NCBI GenBank assembly: GCA_965223325.1
Contig: CBDCWI010000002.1
Coordinates: 3,616,001-3,680,000, forward strand
Length of the DNA: 64,000 bases
From: Candidatus Multivoradales bacterium
GTDB taxonomy: Bacteria; Acidobacteriota; Thermoanaerobaculia; Multivoradales; Multivoraceae
Direction: 5' to 3'
The notes beneath the pieces were generated by a model that saw only the letters and a list, made by a program, of their open reading frames with translations, did not search any database and was not told the origin of the DNA. Numbering within the stretch: position 1 is the stretch's first letter; every line of letters starts with the position of its first letter. The translations under genes and the position numbers were made by a program. Positions 42,580 through 52,122 of this stretch are shown one piece after another.

Positions 42580-43770
42580 TCAGCACGGCTCCAACAAGAG
42601 GGCGGTCATGTCGTCCTCGGGTTCGCTGCCCTCGCCGAGGCGATCGATGAGCTGATCGATCCAAGCCAACGGCGTTGTGGTGGTCTGGCTCGCGACCACG
42701 TTCTCGAACATCTCGTAGCCGAGCGGGTCGCCGCTGGCGGTCGGCGTTTCGGGAAGACCGTCGGTGTAGAGGAGAATGCGTTCGTTCGCCGAGAGCGAAA
42801 AACTGGTCGTCTGGTATGCGACGTTGCGGCGGAGCCCCAGCGGCAGCCGCGGCCCAGGGACAGCAAGCTGGCGCGGCGGCTTGCCGGCGCTGATGATCAA
42901 CGGGTCGGGCAGGCCGCAGTTGACCAGCTCGAGCTCGCGTGTCGAAGGATCGTAGTGGGCGAAGGCCAGGGCGACGAACTCGCGTGGGTCCAGCTCGTCG
43001 TACAAGCGATGGTTGAGTTCCTGGATGGTCTCGAGGATGCCGTGATCGGGCGCCAGGACGCGAAGCGAGGCCCGCGCCGAGGCCATGATGAGGCTGGCAC
43101 CAATGCCCTTGCCGGCGACGTCGGCCATGACCAGCGCGATGTGACGTTCTGAGACGCGGTAGAAGTCGTAGAAGTCTCCGCCAACGAACTGCGCCGGGCG
43201 GTGGCGAGCCGCGAGGCGGTAGCCGTGTCCGTTGACTTCCGCCGGTGGCAGCAGGCGCCGCTGGATGTCGCGTGCGATATGGCGCTCCTTCTCGTTGGCC
43301 ATCCGTTGGCGCTCGGCCTCGCGCTCGATGTTGCGCGAGTTCTCGAAGGCGATCATGAGATAGCTCACCGCCGCTGCCAGTGCGTACATCAAAAGGCCGT
43401 AGACCAGAAAGACGGGCGCCTGCAGTCTGAAGTCGGCGATATAGCCGTGGCTTCCCGGAAGGCGGTCGAGAACGTAGGCCCAGATATTGCCGACCGCCAG
43501 CCAGGCCGACGACGACAGGATCGCCCCCACCCCGTGCACCGTGAGCAGGCGCCAGGCGTTGGCGGGCTCGGCCGGTACATAGCGGCTCGGATACCAGGAG
43601 GAGAGACAGACCAGGGCATAGAGCAGACCGAGCGGGATGGCGAGCGCCGCCGCGTGGCCGGCCGAGACTTCGCGCGTTAGACCGACGAGGACCGCCAGCA
43701 GAAGAGCGCTGGGAAGCCATGCGGCGATGTAGAAACGGAGCCGGCCGGGCTCGCTGAGAATCGGATGCAC
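42580..43770 (-). CDS. Membrane-bound PP2C/SpoIIE (RsbU-like) phosphatase
   Basis: N-terminal TMs, ARDIQRRLLP, VGGDFYD, ADVAGKG, YTDGL, DDMT. Confidence 0.9.
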   Translation of the reverse strand: MHPILSEPGRLRFYIAAWLPSALLLAVLVGLTREVSAGHAAALAIPLGLLYALVCLSSWYPSRYVPAEPANAWRLLTVHGVGAILSSSAWLAVGNIWAYVLDRLPGSHGYIADFRLQAPVFLVYGLLMYALAAAVSYLMIAFENSRNIEREAERQRMANEKERHIARDIQRRLLPPAEVNGHGYRLAARHRPAQFVGGDFYDFYRVSERHIALVMADVAGKGIGASLIMASARASLRVLAPDHGILETIQELNHRLYDELDPREFVALAFAHYDPSTRELELVNCGLPDPLIISAGKPPRQLAVPGPRLPLGLRRNVAYQTTSFSLSANERILLYTDGLPETPTASGDPLGYEMFENVVASQTTTTPLAWIDQLIDRLGEGSEPEDDMTALLLEPC

Positions 43771-43868
43771 GGTCTACTCGGGTTGACAGCCGGGGAGGTT
43801 CGACGGGGACTCGGGGAGAAAGCGAGAAAGCGAGAAGGCGAGGGGCGGGGGTACTCGGCCACGAGGTT

Positions 43869-44561
43869 CTAACGAACCGGGTTGACCTCGACGCCTCCCA
43901 TCAGGACCAGACCGCGCAGGACGAGTTGCTTGGTGGAGTCGCGCTCCGGTCCGCCTGTGGTGTTCTCGAAGCCTCCTGCGATGACTGTCAGTTCCGAAGT
44001 GACAGTCCAGTCGGCCGGCACCAGGATCTCCACCCCACCCCAGAAAGCGAGCACATCAATCACCGCTGGTTCGAGCCCGAGGTCAGCCTGGCTGAGGTCG
44101 ACCTCGCATCCGCCCATGATGGCGGTGAAGTCACCGGCCTCGAACCGTTCGCTCGAAGACTGACTCTTCAAACCAGTCCAGAAGGCAAACCCAGAGAGCT
44201 CTGGCAGTGCGTCGGGCTTGTCACGACACCGTGCCCTGGCTCCCAGCGACCGGGTGACGAGATTCAGGCCGATGAACACCAGCACCAGAGGCCACAAGTC
44301 GAACGGGTCGAAGTGAATGATGTTGAGGTTTCTAAACAGGAGCAGGATGCCCGCAGCCATCCACCCGAGCCCCGCAAGCCAACGTGTTTGTTTGCCCAGG
44401 AGGTGCAGCAGTCCTAGAACGATCAGGGCGATTGGCCAGTAGGCGAGGATCGGCCGGGCGTCGACCAGGCCGAGGTTCTCGAGGGTGAACAGGACCCCCA
44501 GGGCGAGGAGCGAGATTCCGAGGACGAGCTTCGGGGCTGCGAGATTTCGACGACGTGGCAT
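43869..44561 (-). CDS. LiaF/DUF5668-type cell-envelope stress membrane protein
   Basis: Four TMs with YWP/LWP motifs, then FTAIMGGCEVDL...LMGGVEV toastrack-like domain; GGAGG RBS. Confidence 0.85.
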   Translation of the reverse strand: MPRRRNLAAPKLVLGISLLALGVLFTLENLGLVDARPILAYWPIALIVLGLLHLLGKQTRWLAGLGWMAAGILLLFRNLNIIHFDPFDLWPLVLVFIGLNLVTRSLGARARCRDKPDALPELSGFAFWTGLKSQSSSERFEAGDFTAIMGGCEVDLSQADLGLEPAVIDVLAFWGGVEILVPADWTVTSELTVIAGGFENTTGGPERDSTKQLVLRGLVLMGGVEVNPVR

Positions 44562-44706
44562 GAAAGTCCCTCCTTGGGAACTTCGGCGGAGTTGCACGAC
44601 CAGGGGCTGCGCCGGAGGCGGCATCGCTGGTCTCTTGAGATACGTGGGCTGGCCGCTGCGGTTCTGTACGTCCCCTCTCCCCCTTCGCCGGGTGCGGGCA
44701 CAGTTC

Positions 44707-45069
44707 TCAGGCTGGCTCCGAGGTTGCCAGGAGCGGCATCTGTTGTCTTTCGGCCTCGAGCAGGACTTCAGCGACCTTGGTTTCGGCGACCGCACGCGGG
44801 TATACGCCGGCGACTCCGAGGCCGGAACGGTGGACCTGCAACATGATGCGCGTCGCCTCCGCGCTCGACTTGTTGAAGAAGCGCATCAACACCTCGACGA
44901 CGAAGTCCATGGTGGTGAAGTCGTCGTTGTGCAGGAGCACCCGGAACATGCGGGGCGACTGAACGAGCACTTTCTCTTGGGTCAGGACACTAGTTTCGCC
45001 GTCGCGATCAGGCCGGCTCAGGCGAGTCGCTCGGGCGTTCGATCGTCTGGACCGGTCGTCTTTTGACAT
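44707..45069 (-). CDS. clpS: ATP-dependent Clp protease adaptor ClpS
   Basis: FRVLLHNDDFTTMDFVVEVL, IMLQVH, AETKV, PL. Confidence 0.95.
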   Translation of the reverse strand: MSKDDRSRRSNARATRLSRPDRDGETSVLTQEKVLVQSPRMFRVLLHNDDFTTMDFVVEVLMRFFNKSSAEATRIMLQVHRSGLGVAGVYPRAVAETKVAEVLLEAERQQMPLLATSEPA

Positions 45070-45261
45070 GGGTAGCAGCGGCGTTGTTGGGGGTTGGGGG
45101 CGGCGCGGAAGACAGCAGGGCGAAGCAGCTTATCGTGAGCGCCTCCGCTGTCAGCAGAGATCTGGTTCCGGGTGCCCAGAACTGTCAGAATCGACGGATA
45201 CCCTCACTCACCCCGCGAGGCCTTCGCCGGCCTCGTGGTTGTTGGAACAAAGCGCACTCCG

Positions 45262-48150
45262 ATGAGCGAATCCGAGCAACCCGTTCCTGCGGCACGGCCA
45301 GAGCCTCGCCGTCGCCCCCTGTACCGAAAGGTCGTTGGGCCGCGTCTCGAGAAGCTCTTGTTCGTGGTGTTTGCGCTTGCGGCCCTCCTGGCTTTGAATG
45401 CCACCTACCTTCTCGGTGTGCGCATTCTCGAGGCGGCCTCCGGCCAGACGTACCAGAACTGGTTCTTCATGAACATGTTTCTGCTGCATCTGGTTCTCGG
45501 TTTTGTCTTTGTCTTGCCGGTCATCGTCTTTGGCATCGCGCACATGCGCAACGCCTACAACCGGCCCAACCGGCGCGCGGTCATGGTTGGCTATGGGCTA
45601 TTTGCCACAGCGCTCGTTCTGCTCGTTAGCGGCGTGGTCCTGACGCGCATCGAGGGTGTGGTCGAAGTGCGCGACCCTGCGGTTCGGCAGGCGGCCTTCT
45701 GGCTGCACGTGATCACCCCGTTGGTGGCCGCTTGGCTGTTTGTTCTCCATCGGCTGGCCGGCAAGCGCATCCGTTGGGAGATCGGTCGACGGTGGGCACT
45801 GGTTGCCCTGGTTCTCGGCGTCGTGATGCTGGTTCTGCAGGCGCAGGACCCGCGTAACTGGAACGTGGAAGGGCCAGAGGAAGGCCTGGCCTACTTCTTT
45901 CCCTCGCTTGCCCGCACCGCAACGGGTGACTTCATTCCGGCTCGCGTGCTGCAGAACGACGCGTACTGCCAGGAGTGTCACGAAGACGTGCACGCTGCCT
46001 GGGCTGGCAGTGCGCACAAGCTGAGCTCTTTCAACAACCCGGTGTATCTATTCTCGGTGCGCGAAACCCGGCGCGACTCGCTCGCCCGCGATGGCGATGT
46101 CAAGGCGTCGCGCTTTTGTGCCGGCTGCCACGACCCGGTGGTGTTCTTCAGTGGTCGCTTCGACGATCCGGAGTTCGACGACGAGTCTGACCCGACGGCG
46201 CACGCCGGGATCACCTGTACGGTTTGCCACTCCATTAGCCACATCAACTCGCCGCGCGGCAACTCGGACTACACCATCGAAGAGCCCGAGCACTACCCCT
46301 TCGCCTTCAGCGACAACCCGGCCCTCGCCTACATCAACCGGCAGCTGGTCAAGGCGAAGCCCGAGTTGCACCGACGCACCTTCTTGAAGCCGTTTCATAA
46401 GGAAGCCGAGTTCTGCGGCACCTGTCACAAGGTCCACCTACCCAAGGAGCTCAACGACTACAAGTTCCTGCGCGGGCAGAACCACTACGACTCGTGGCTA
46501 CTGTCGGGCGTTTCCGGGCACGGCGTGGCGAGCTTCTACTACCCCGAGCGGGCTGAAACCAACTGCAACGGTTGTCACATGGAGCTTCTGCCTTCGGACG
46601 ACTTCGGAGCCCGTCGCTATGAGGAAGGCGAGGGGCGCACGAAGCCCGGGGTCTCGCGCGACGGTCTGATGGTGCACGATCACCTCTTCCCGTCGGCGAA
46701 TACGGCGGTGCCGTACCTGCTCGGGCTCGACCCCGGGATCACCCTCCAGCACCGCCAGTTCAGCGGCGGTAGAGAAGTCCTCCCCACCCGCATGCCGGCG
46801 CAGGCGGAGGTCCGCGAAGGCATACGGGAGGGCGTTGTGCGCCTTGACCTCTTCGGTCTCAGAAAGGGCGGCGCGGTGGACGGTGAGCTGGTCGCACCGC
46901 TGCGCCCGGAGATCCCCGAGCTCGTCCCGGGGGAGAGCTACCTTTTCGAGGTCGTCGTTCGGACCCTCGACCTGGGTCACGATCTGACTCAAGGAACCTC
47001 AGACTCCAACCAACTTTGGCTCGACATCGAGGCCCGCACCGGCGATCGGCTGGTGGGACGCAGCGGTGCACGCGACGAGACCGGCCGGGTCGACGCCTGG
47101 TCGCACTTCGTCAACACCTACATGCTCGAGCGCTCTGGCCGTCGCCTCGAGCGTCGCAACGCCGAGGACATCTTCGTTCCGCTCTACAACCACCAGATTC
47201 CGCCTGGAGCCGGTGATGTCGTGCACTATCGACTCGATGTGCCGGCGGATGCCACCGAACCGATCGCGTTGGCGGTGGCGCTGCGCTATCGCAAGTTCGA
47301 CACCACGCTCATGCAGCACATCTACGGCCCCGAGCATCGGAACGATCTGCCGATCATGACTCTGGCCAGTGACGAGTTGCTGTTGCCAGTGCGTGGAGGC
47401 GCTCCTCTTTCCCAGCCGAACCCACCGCGCGACATTCTCACCTGGCAACGGTGGAACGACTATGGCATCGGGCTCCTGCGCAAGGGGCGCAGCAAAGGCC
47501 AGTTGCGCCAGGCCGAGGAGGCCTTTGCTCGCGTCGAAGAGGCGGGACGACCCGAAGGTCCGCTCAATCTGGCGCGGGTCTATCTGGAGCAAGGCGCCGT
47601 CCAGGAGCGCGCGGTTGCCGCCCTCGAACGCGCCGCCTCGTTCGATCCGCCGGCACCGGAGTGGTCGATCGCCTGGTTCTCTGCTCAGGTCGACAAGCAG
47701 AATGGCTTTCTCGATGAGGCCATCGAGCGCCTCGAGGGCATCGTCGAGTTGTCGACCGAGGAGACCCGTCGTCGTGCGTTCGACTTTTCGCGTGACTACC
47801 GTCTCACAAACGAGCTGGGCCTGGTGCTCTTCGAGCGAGCCAAGCAGGAGCGTGGCGAGAGTCGGGCCGCGGCACGGCGCGAAATGCTCGAGCGTGCTGC
47901 TGGCTGGTTCGAGAAGTCCCTCGCCCTGGATCCCGAGAATGTGACGGCGCACTACAACTCGAACCTGCTCTACCGGCAACTCGGCGACGACGAGAAGGCG
48001 CGGCACCACCTCGAGCGGTACCTGGCCTACAAGCCAGACGACAACGCGCGCGACAAAGCGATCGCCATCGCCCGCGCCGCCGACCCGGCGGCCAATCATG
48101 CGGCAGAGGCGGTGGTGATCTACGATCTTGGGCGCACCCTCGAAGACTGA
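45262..48150 (+). CDS. Membrane-anchored multiheme cytochrome c with C-terminal TPRs
   Basis: About 4-5 N-terminal TMs, five CxxCH motifs (CQECH, CAGCH, CTVCH, CGTCH, CNGCH), TPR C-terminus. Confidence 0.88.
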   Translation: MSESEQPVPAARPEPRRRPLYRKVVGPRLEKLLFVVFALAALLALNATYLLGVRILEAASGQTYQNWFFMNMFLLHLVLGFVFVLPVIVFGIAHMRNAYNRPNRRAVMVGYGLFATALVLLVSGVVLTRIEGVVEVRDPAVRQAAFWLHVITPLVAAWLFVLHRLAGKRIRWEIGRRWALVALVLGVVMLVLQAQDPRNWNVEGPEEGLAYFFPSLARTATGDFIPARVLQNDAYCQECHEDVHAAWAGSAHKLSSFNNPVYLFSVRETRRDSLARDGDVKASRFCAGCHDPVVFFSGRFDDPEFDDESDPTAHAGITCTVCHSISHINSPRGNSDYTIEEPEHYPFAFSDNPALAYINRQLVKAKPELHRRTFLKPFHKEAEFCGTCHKVHLPKELNDYKFLRGQNHYDSWLLSGVSGHGVASFYYPERAETNCNGCHMELLPSDDFGARRYEEGEGRTKPGVSRDGLMVHDHLFPSANTAVPYLLGLDPGITLQHRQFSGGREVLPTRMPAQAEVREGIREGVVRLDLFGLRKGGAVDGELVAPLRPEIPELVPGESYLFEVVVRTLDLGHDLTQGTSDSNQLWLDIEARTGDRLVGRSGARDETGRVDAWSHFVNTYMLERSGRRLERRNAEDIFVPLYNHQIPPGAGDVVHYRLDVPADATEPIALAVALRYRKFDTTLMQHIYGPEHRNDLPIMTLASDELLLPVRGGAPLSQPNPPRDILTWQRWNDYGIGLLRKGRSKGQLRQAEEAFARVEEAGRPEGPLNLARVYLEQGAVQERAVAALERAASFDPPAPEWSIAWFSAQVDKQNGFLDEAIERLEGIVELSTEETRRRAFDFSRDYRLTNELGLVLFERAKQERGESRAAARREMLERAAGWFEKSLALDPENVTAHYNSNLLYRQLGDDEKARHHLERYLAYKPDDNARDKAIAIARAADPAANHAAEAVVIYDLGRTLED

Positions 48151-48182
48151 CTCCATCTCCGGCGCCAGCGAGAGCTTTGCCC

Positions 48183-50051
48183 ATGTCGACGGACCCCCAA
48201 GATCCAAAGAACTCCAAACCACCCGAGGCGCCAGACGATGACCTGTGGGAAGAGGCGAGCAGTGACGACGAAGTCATTGGCCGCGCCTTCCGGCGCTCGA
48301 TCGTCGCTCTTCTAGCGCTCGGCCTCATTGCGGTCGTCGCGTTCTGGTTTTCGCGTCGACCCGAGAGCGCCGAGGAGAGTGCCATCGAGCGCGAAGCGCC
48401 GCAGCGCACTGTCACCGTCATAGAACCGCCAGATGTCTCGTGGGTCGACGCGAGCGCCGCGAGCGGAATCTCCTTCAGCCATCAAAACGGTGCGCGAGGA
48501 GAACGCTTGCTGCCCGAGACCATGGGAGGTGGCGGCGCTTTCTTCGACTGGGACCAGGACGGTGATCAGGACCTCTTGCTGGTCGACTCGGACCGGTGGC
48601 CACGAGACCAGGGACGGCGCGGTGCGTCGAAGGTCTTCGAGAACGACGGCACTGGCAGTTTTCATGTGGCTCAGGAACTCGCACCGATCTACGGCACCGG
48701 TACCGCTTCAGCCGATCTCGATGGCGATGGCTACCCAGAGGTGTTTATCGCTTCGGTTGGCCAGAACCGTCTCTACCGCAATGTCGCGGGCGGCCGGGGC
48801 GGCCGAAGGCTGGTGGATGTCAGCGCCGACTCGGGAGTTGCCGGAAGTTCGTCCGACTGGAGCACCAGTGCGGTCTTCTTCGACTACGACCGAGACGGTG
48901 ACCTCGACCTCTTCGTTGCCAACTACGTCCGCTGGTCCCGCGAGATCGACCTCGCCGTGGACTACCGGCTCACTGGGATCGGGCGTGCCTACGGACCACC
49001 GGTCAACTATCAGGGAAGCTTCCCGTCGTTGTATAGAAACGACGGCGATCTTCGCTTCGTCGATGTCTCGCAAGCCGCCGGGATGCATGTCACCAACAGC
49101 GCGACCGGCGAGCCGGTCGCCAAATCTCTGGGCGTCGTTGCGCACGATGTCGATCAGGACGGCTGGCCCGATCTGTTCGTCGCCAACGATACGGTGCGCA
49201 ACTTCCTCCTGCACAACCAGGGTGACGGCACCTTCGAGGAGATCGGGGAAGAGGCCGGCCTGGCGTATGGGCGCGACGGCGCTGCGACGGGTGCGATGGG
49301 TATCGACGTCGCCTGGTTCCGGAACGATGGCGACCTTGCCATCGGGATCGGCAACTTCGCCAACGAGATGACGTCGTTCTACGTTTCGCAGGGCGACCCG
49401 CTGCTGTTTGCCGACCAGGCCATCGGTGAAGGGGTCGGTGCTCCCAGTCGCCGCAGTCTCACCTTTGGCCTCTTCTTCTTCGACTACGATCTCGACGGCC
49501 GCCTCGACCTGTTGCAGGTCAACGGCCACCTCGAGGAGGAGATCGCCCAGGTCGAGTCGAGCCAGAGCTACCGTCAGCCGCCGCAGTTGTTCTGGAACGC
49601 TGGCGATTCGGCCCGCACCTTTCTGCCGGTGCCGCTCGAAGGCACCAGCCTCGGCGAGCCCATCGTCGGTCGCGCATCGTCGTATGCCGACGTCGATGGC
49701 GATGGCGATCTCGACGTGTTGTTGCTCGAGGCTGGTGGCCCAGCTCGTCTCCTCCGCAACGAGCAGTCGACCGGCCACCACTGGCTACGCGTTGTACTCC
49801 GTGGCAACGGCGCTTCGGTTGCCAAGGATGCGATCGGGGCGGTCGTCGAGCTCGAGAGTGCTCTCGGTACCCAGCGCCGGGTGGTCATGCCAACCCGGGG
49901 ATACCAGTCGCAGGTCGAGCTGCCGGTGACCTTCGGCCTCAAGACCGAGGCTTCAGTGAAACAGCTGCGTGTTCACTGGCCGGACGGTTCCAGTGAGCAA
50001 GTGACGGTCGACAGCGTCGATCGGGTCCTGGAGATCGAGCAGCAAGGCTAG
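48183..50051 (+). CDS. CRTAC1-family FG-GAP repeat protein with ASPIC/UnbV domain
   Basis: ETMGGGGAFFDWDQDGDQDL, repeated DxDxDGxxDL, GYQSQ...FGL C-terminus; N-terminal TM. Confidence 0.9.
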   Translation: MSTDPQDPKNSKPPEAPDDDLWEEASSDDEVIGRAFRRSIVALLALGLIAVVAFWFSRRPESAEESAIEREAPQRTVTVIEPPDVSWVDASAASGISFSHQNGARGERLLPETMGGGGAFFDWDQDGDQDLLLVDSDRWPRDQGRRGASKVFENDGTGSFHVAQELAPIYGTGTASADLDGDGYPEVFIASVGQNRLYRNVAGGRGGRRLVDVSADSGVAGSSSDWSTSAVFFDYDRDGDLDLFVANYVRWSREIDLAVDYRLTGIGRAYGPPVNYQGSFPSLYRNDGDLRFVDVSQAAGMHVTNSATGEPVAKSLGVVAHDVDQDGWPDLFVANDTVRNFLLHNQGDGTFEEIGEEAGLAYGRDGAATGAMGIDVAWFRNDGDLAIGIGNFANEMTSFYVSQGDPLLFADQAIGEGVGAPSRRSLTFGLFFFDYDLDGRLDLLQVNGHLEEEIAQVESSQSYRQPPQLFWNAGDSARTFLPVPLEGTSLGEPIVGRASSYADVDGDGDLDVLLLEAGGPARLLRNEQSTGHHWLRVVLRGNGASVAKDAIGAVVELESALGTQRRVVMPTRGYQSQVELPVTFGLKTEASVKQLRVHWPDGSSEQVTVDSVDRVLEIEQQG

Positions 50052-50244
50052 ATCCTTCAGATGGTCGAGGGCGCGAAAAACTAGATTTTGTGGCATAATG
50101 AAGGGCTGCAACGTCGCGGTCTCGAAGAGGGTCCTGCGACAGCACGATTCGCCTTTCCTTGCCCTCCGCTGACCTGTGCCCGCAGGTAGCACAACCGCCA
50201 CTCCCGACAGGCTTCCGCCCCTTTCAATATGGCTACATTTTGAA

Positions 50245-52065
50245 ATGACCAGTCCGGACACCAAAGAAATCGGTCTGGGAGCCGTTGCCCAGAAGCTGGA
50301 AGAAACCGTCAAGCGGTTGCGTGACGAAAGTCAAGCACGCAAGAAGGAAGTCCAGTCGGAGCGTCTCGAGCGCAAGAAGATCGATCGCCAACTGGAGCTC
50401 ACCGCTGCCCGCATGGTGCAGCTAGAGCAGGAACGCGATCTGTTGCTCGCGCAGGTCAAAGAACTCGAATCAGACCTCGAGACCAATGGACACGGTGGAG
50501 CCTTTGCGGGCAAGCAGTCGGCAGAACTCGAGACGGCTCGCTCGGCCGCCGAACGCGCCCTGGTTGCCCGTGACGAGGCGATCGAGCGCCAGGCCGAGCT
50601 GCAGCGCGACAACGAGCGTCTCGAAGCGGCCGTCAAAGAACTGACGTCAGATCTGACCGGCCTGCGTAGCGGTGCTGAACAGGCGGCAACAGGGGCGGAG
50701 GACGAGCTCGAAGCGCTGCGCAGTCTTGCTCAGAGCTCTCGTGAACAGCTCGAACAGGTCGCAGCGCGTCTGACCCAGTGTGGTTTTGACGCTGAGACCG
50801 TGCCGGAGCAAGTGGAGGTACTGCTCGCGCGCCTGACCGAGGTCGAAGCCGAGTTGAACACCACGCGTCACGAACTCACCGAAGCCGCGGCCGCGGCACC
50901 CGATCCGGGTCTCGCCAAGGAACTCGAGAGCGCACAGGCGGAACTCGCCGAGCTGCAGAAAGCTGTCGAAGAGAACGCCGAGGAGACCGAGGCCGAAGAG
51001 ATGGCCGCGCGTGCCGCACAGGCTGAGGAGCAGCAGGCAAGCCTCGAGTCGGAACTCGAGAGTCTGCGCACTGCGCAAACCGCTCTGCAGGAGAAGCTCG
51101 CCGAGCAAGAGAAGGCCCTCGCAGCCGAGAAAGAGCGTGTCGAAGACCTGCAACTCGAGCTTTCGGCTGCCCAGGAACGCGGCACCGATCTCGAGCGTCA
51201 GGTCGTAGCGTCAGCAGGCGGCGCGATGGCACCGGTCGAACCCGAGGTGCCGCCGGCGGTGGCTGAGGAAACGGAGGAAGCGCCGGAACCGTCCAAGAAG
51301 GCGAAGAAGAAGGGCAAGGGAAAGAAGAAGAAGACCGAGAAGGCCAAAGAGCAGGAAGCCCAAGAAGCCGAGCCTCCGGCGACGGTCTCTTCTGGCGATG
51401 CCAGCACTCCGGAAGCCGACTCTTCTGAGGCCAGTGCAGAGATCTCCGACGACGGCGAGGTCGCCTTGTTGTCGGCCGACGATCTGGCGGAGATTCCCGA
51501 GCCACGCGATCCCGACGAGGAGATCGAAATCGACCCGACGGTGCTTCGCGATCAAATCCTCGGTGGCGAAGGCGTTCTCGACCACGCCGTGGACGACGGC
51601 GAAGCGTCGGCGTCGGCGCTCGACGAAGAGCGCGACGGCGAGGAAGCGATCGGAATGCGCCGACAGCGAGACTCGGGTTCCCAGAGCATCCTGCTCGCCG
51701 ACGATGAAGACGACGACGGTCCAGCGACCACCACAGTGAAGAAGGCATCGACCCCCAAACCTCCGCCGCCGCAGGTCAACGGCAGCAAGGAGGTCGACCT
51801 CAGCGGTTGTCTCGGCAAAGACGACGATCCCGGTGCCGAGAAGTTTGCGGTGATGGTCAAGGACGGGGCCGAGCTCGTGCGCACGCCGCGCTTTGGCAAG
51901 ATCGACCTCGTCAACCGGCTCGACATCCAGGTCAGCGATTGGCTCGAGACGGCCTCGAGCTGGGACGAGATCCAGGAGGTCTCGGGCGGCAAGATGGCCG
52001 AGCAGAAGCTGCTCGAAGTCATGTACCTCTTCTTCCAGCGCGACCTCTTCCGCCTGCGCCAATAG
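50245..52065 (+). CDS. Long coiled-coil acidic hypothetical protein
   Basis: About 300 aa E/L/A heptad-rich region, Lys patch, acidic linker, small globular C-terminal domain. Confidence 0.75.
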   Translation: MTSPDTKEIGLGAVAQKLEETVKRLRDESQARKKEVQSERLERKKIDRQLELTAARMVQLEQERDLLLAQVKELESDLETNGHGGAFAGKQSAELETARSAAERALVARDEAIERQAELQRDNERLEAAVKELTSDLTGLRSGAEQAATGAEDELEALRSLAQSSREQLEQVAARLTQCGFDAETVPEQVEVLLARLTEVEAELNTTRHELTEAAAAAPDPGLAKELESAQAELAELQKAVEENAEETEAEEMAARAAQAEEQQASLESELESLRTAQTALQEKLAEQEKALAAEKERVEDLQLELSAAQERGTDLERQVVASAGGAMAPVEPEVPPAVAEETEEAPEPSKKAKKKGKGKKKKTEKAKEQEAQEAEPPATVSSGDASTPEADSSEASAEISDDGEVALLSADDLAEIPEPRDPDEEIEIDPTVLRDQILGGEGVLDHAVDDGEASASALDEERDGEEAIGMRRQRDSGSQSILLADDEDDDGPATTTVKKASTPKPPPPQVNGSKEVDLSGCLGKDDDPGAEKFAVMVKDGAELVRTPRFGKIDLVNRLDIQVSDWLETASSWDEIQEVSGGKMAEQKLLEVMYLFFQRDLFRLRQ

Positions 52066-52122
52066 CAGCACGCAGTAGCCGGCCACCCGGAGGCCTTTGC
52101 GCGGTCTACAATCGGGGCCACC

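Noticed and set aside
43816-43842. Three copies of GAGAA(A/G)GC
   Set aside because: Short intergenic microsatellite with no supporting context
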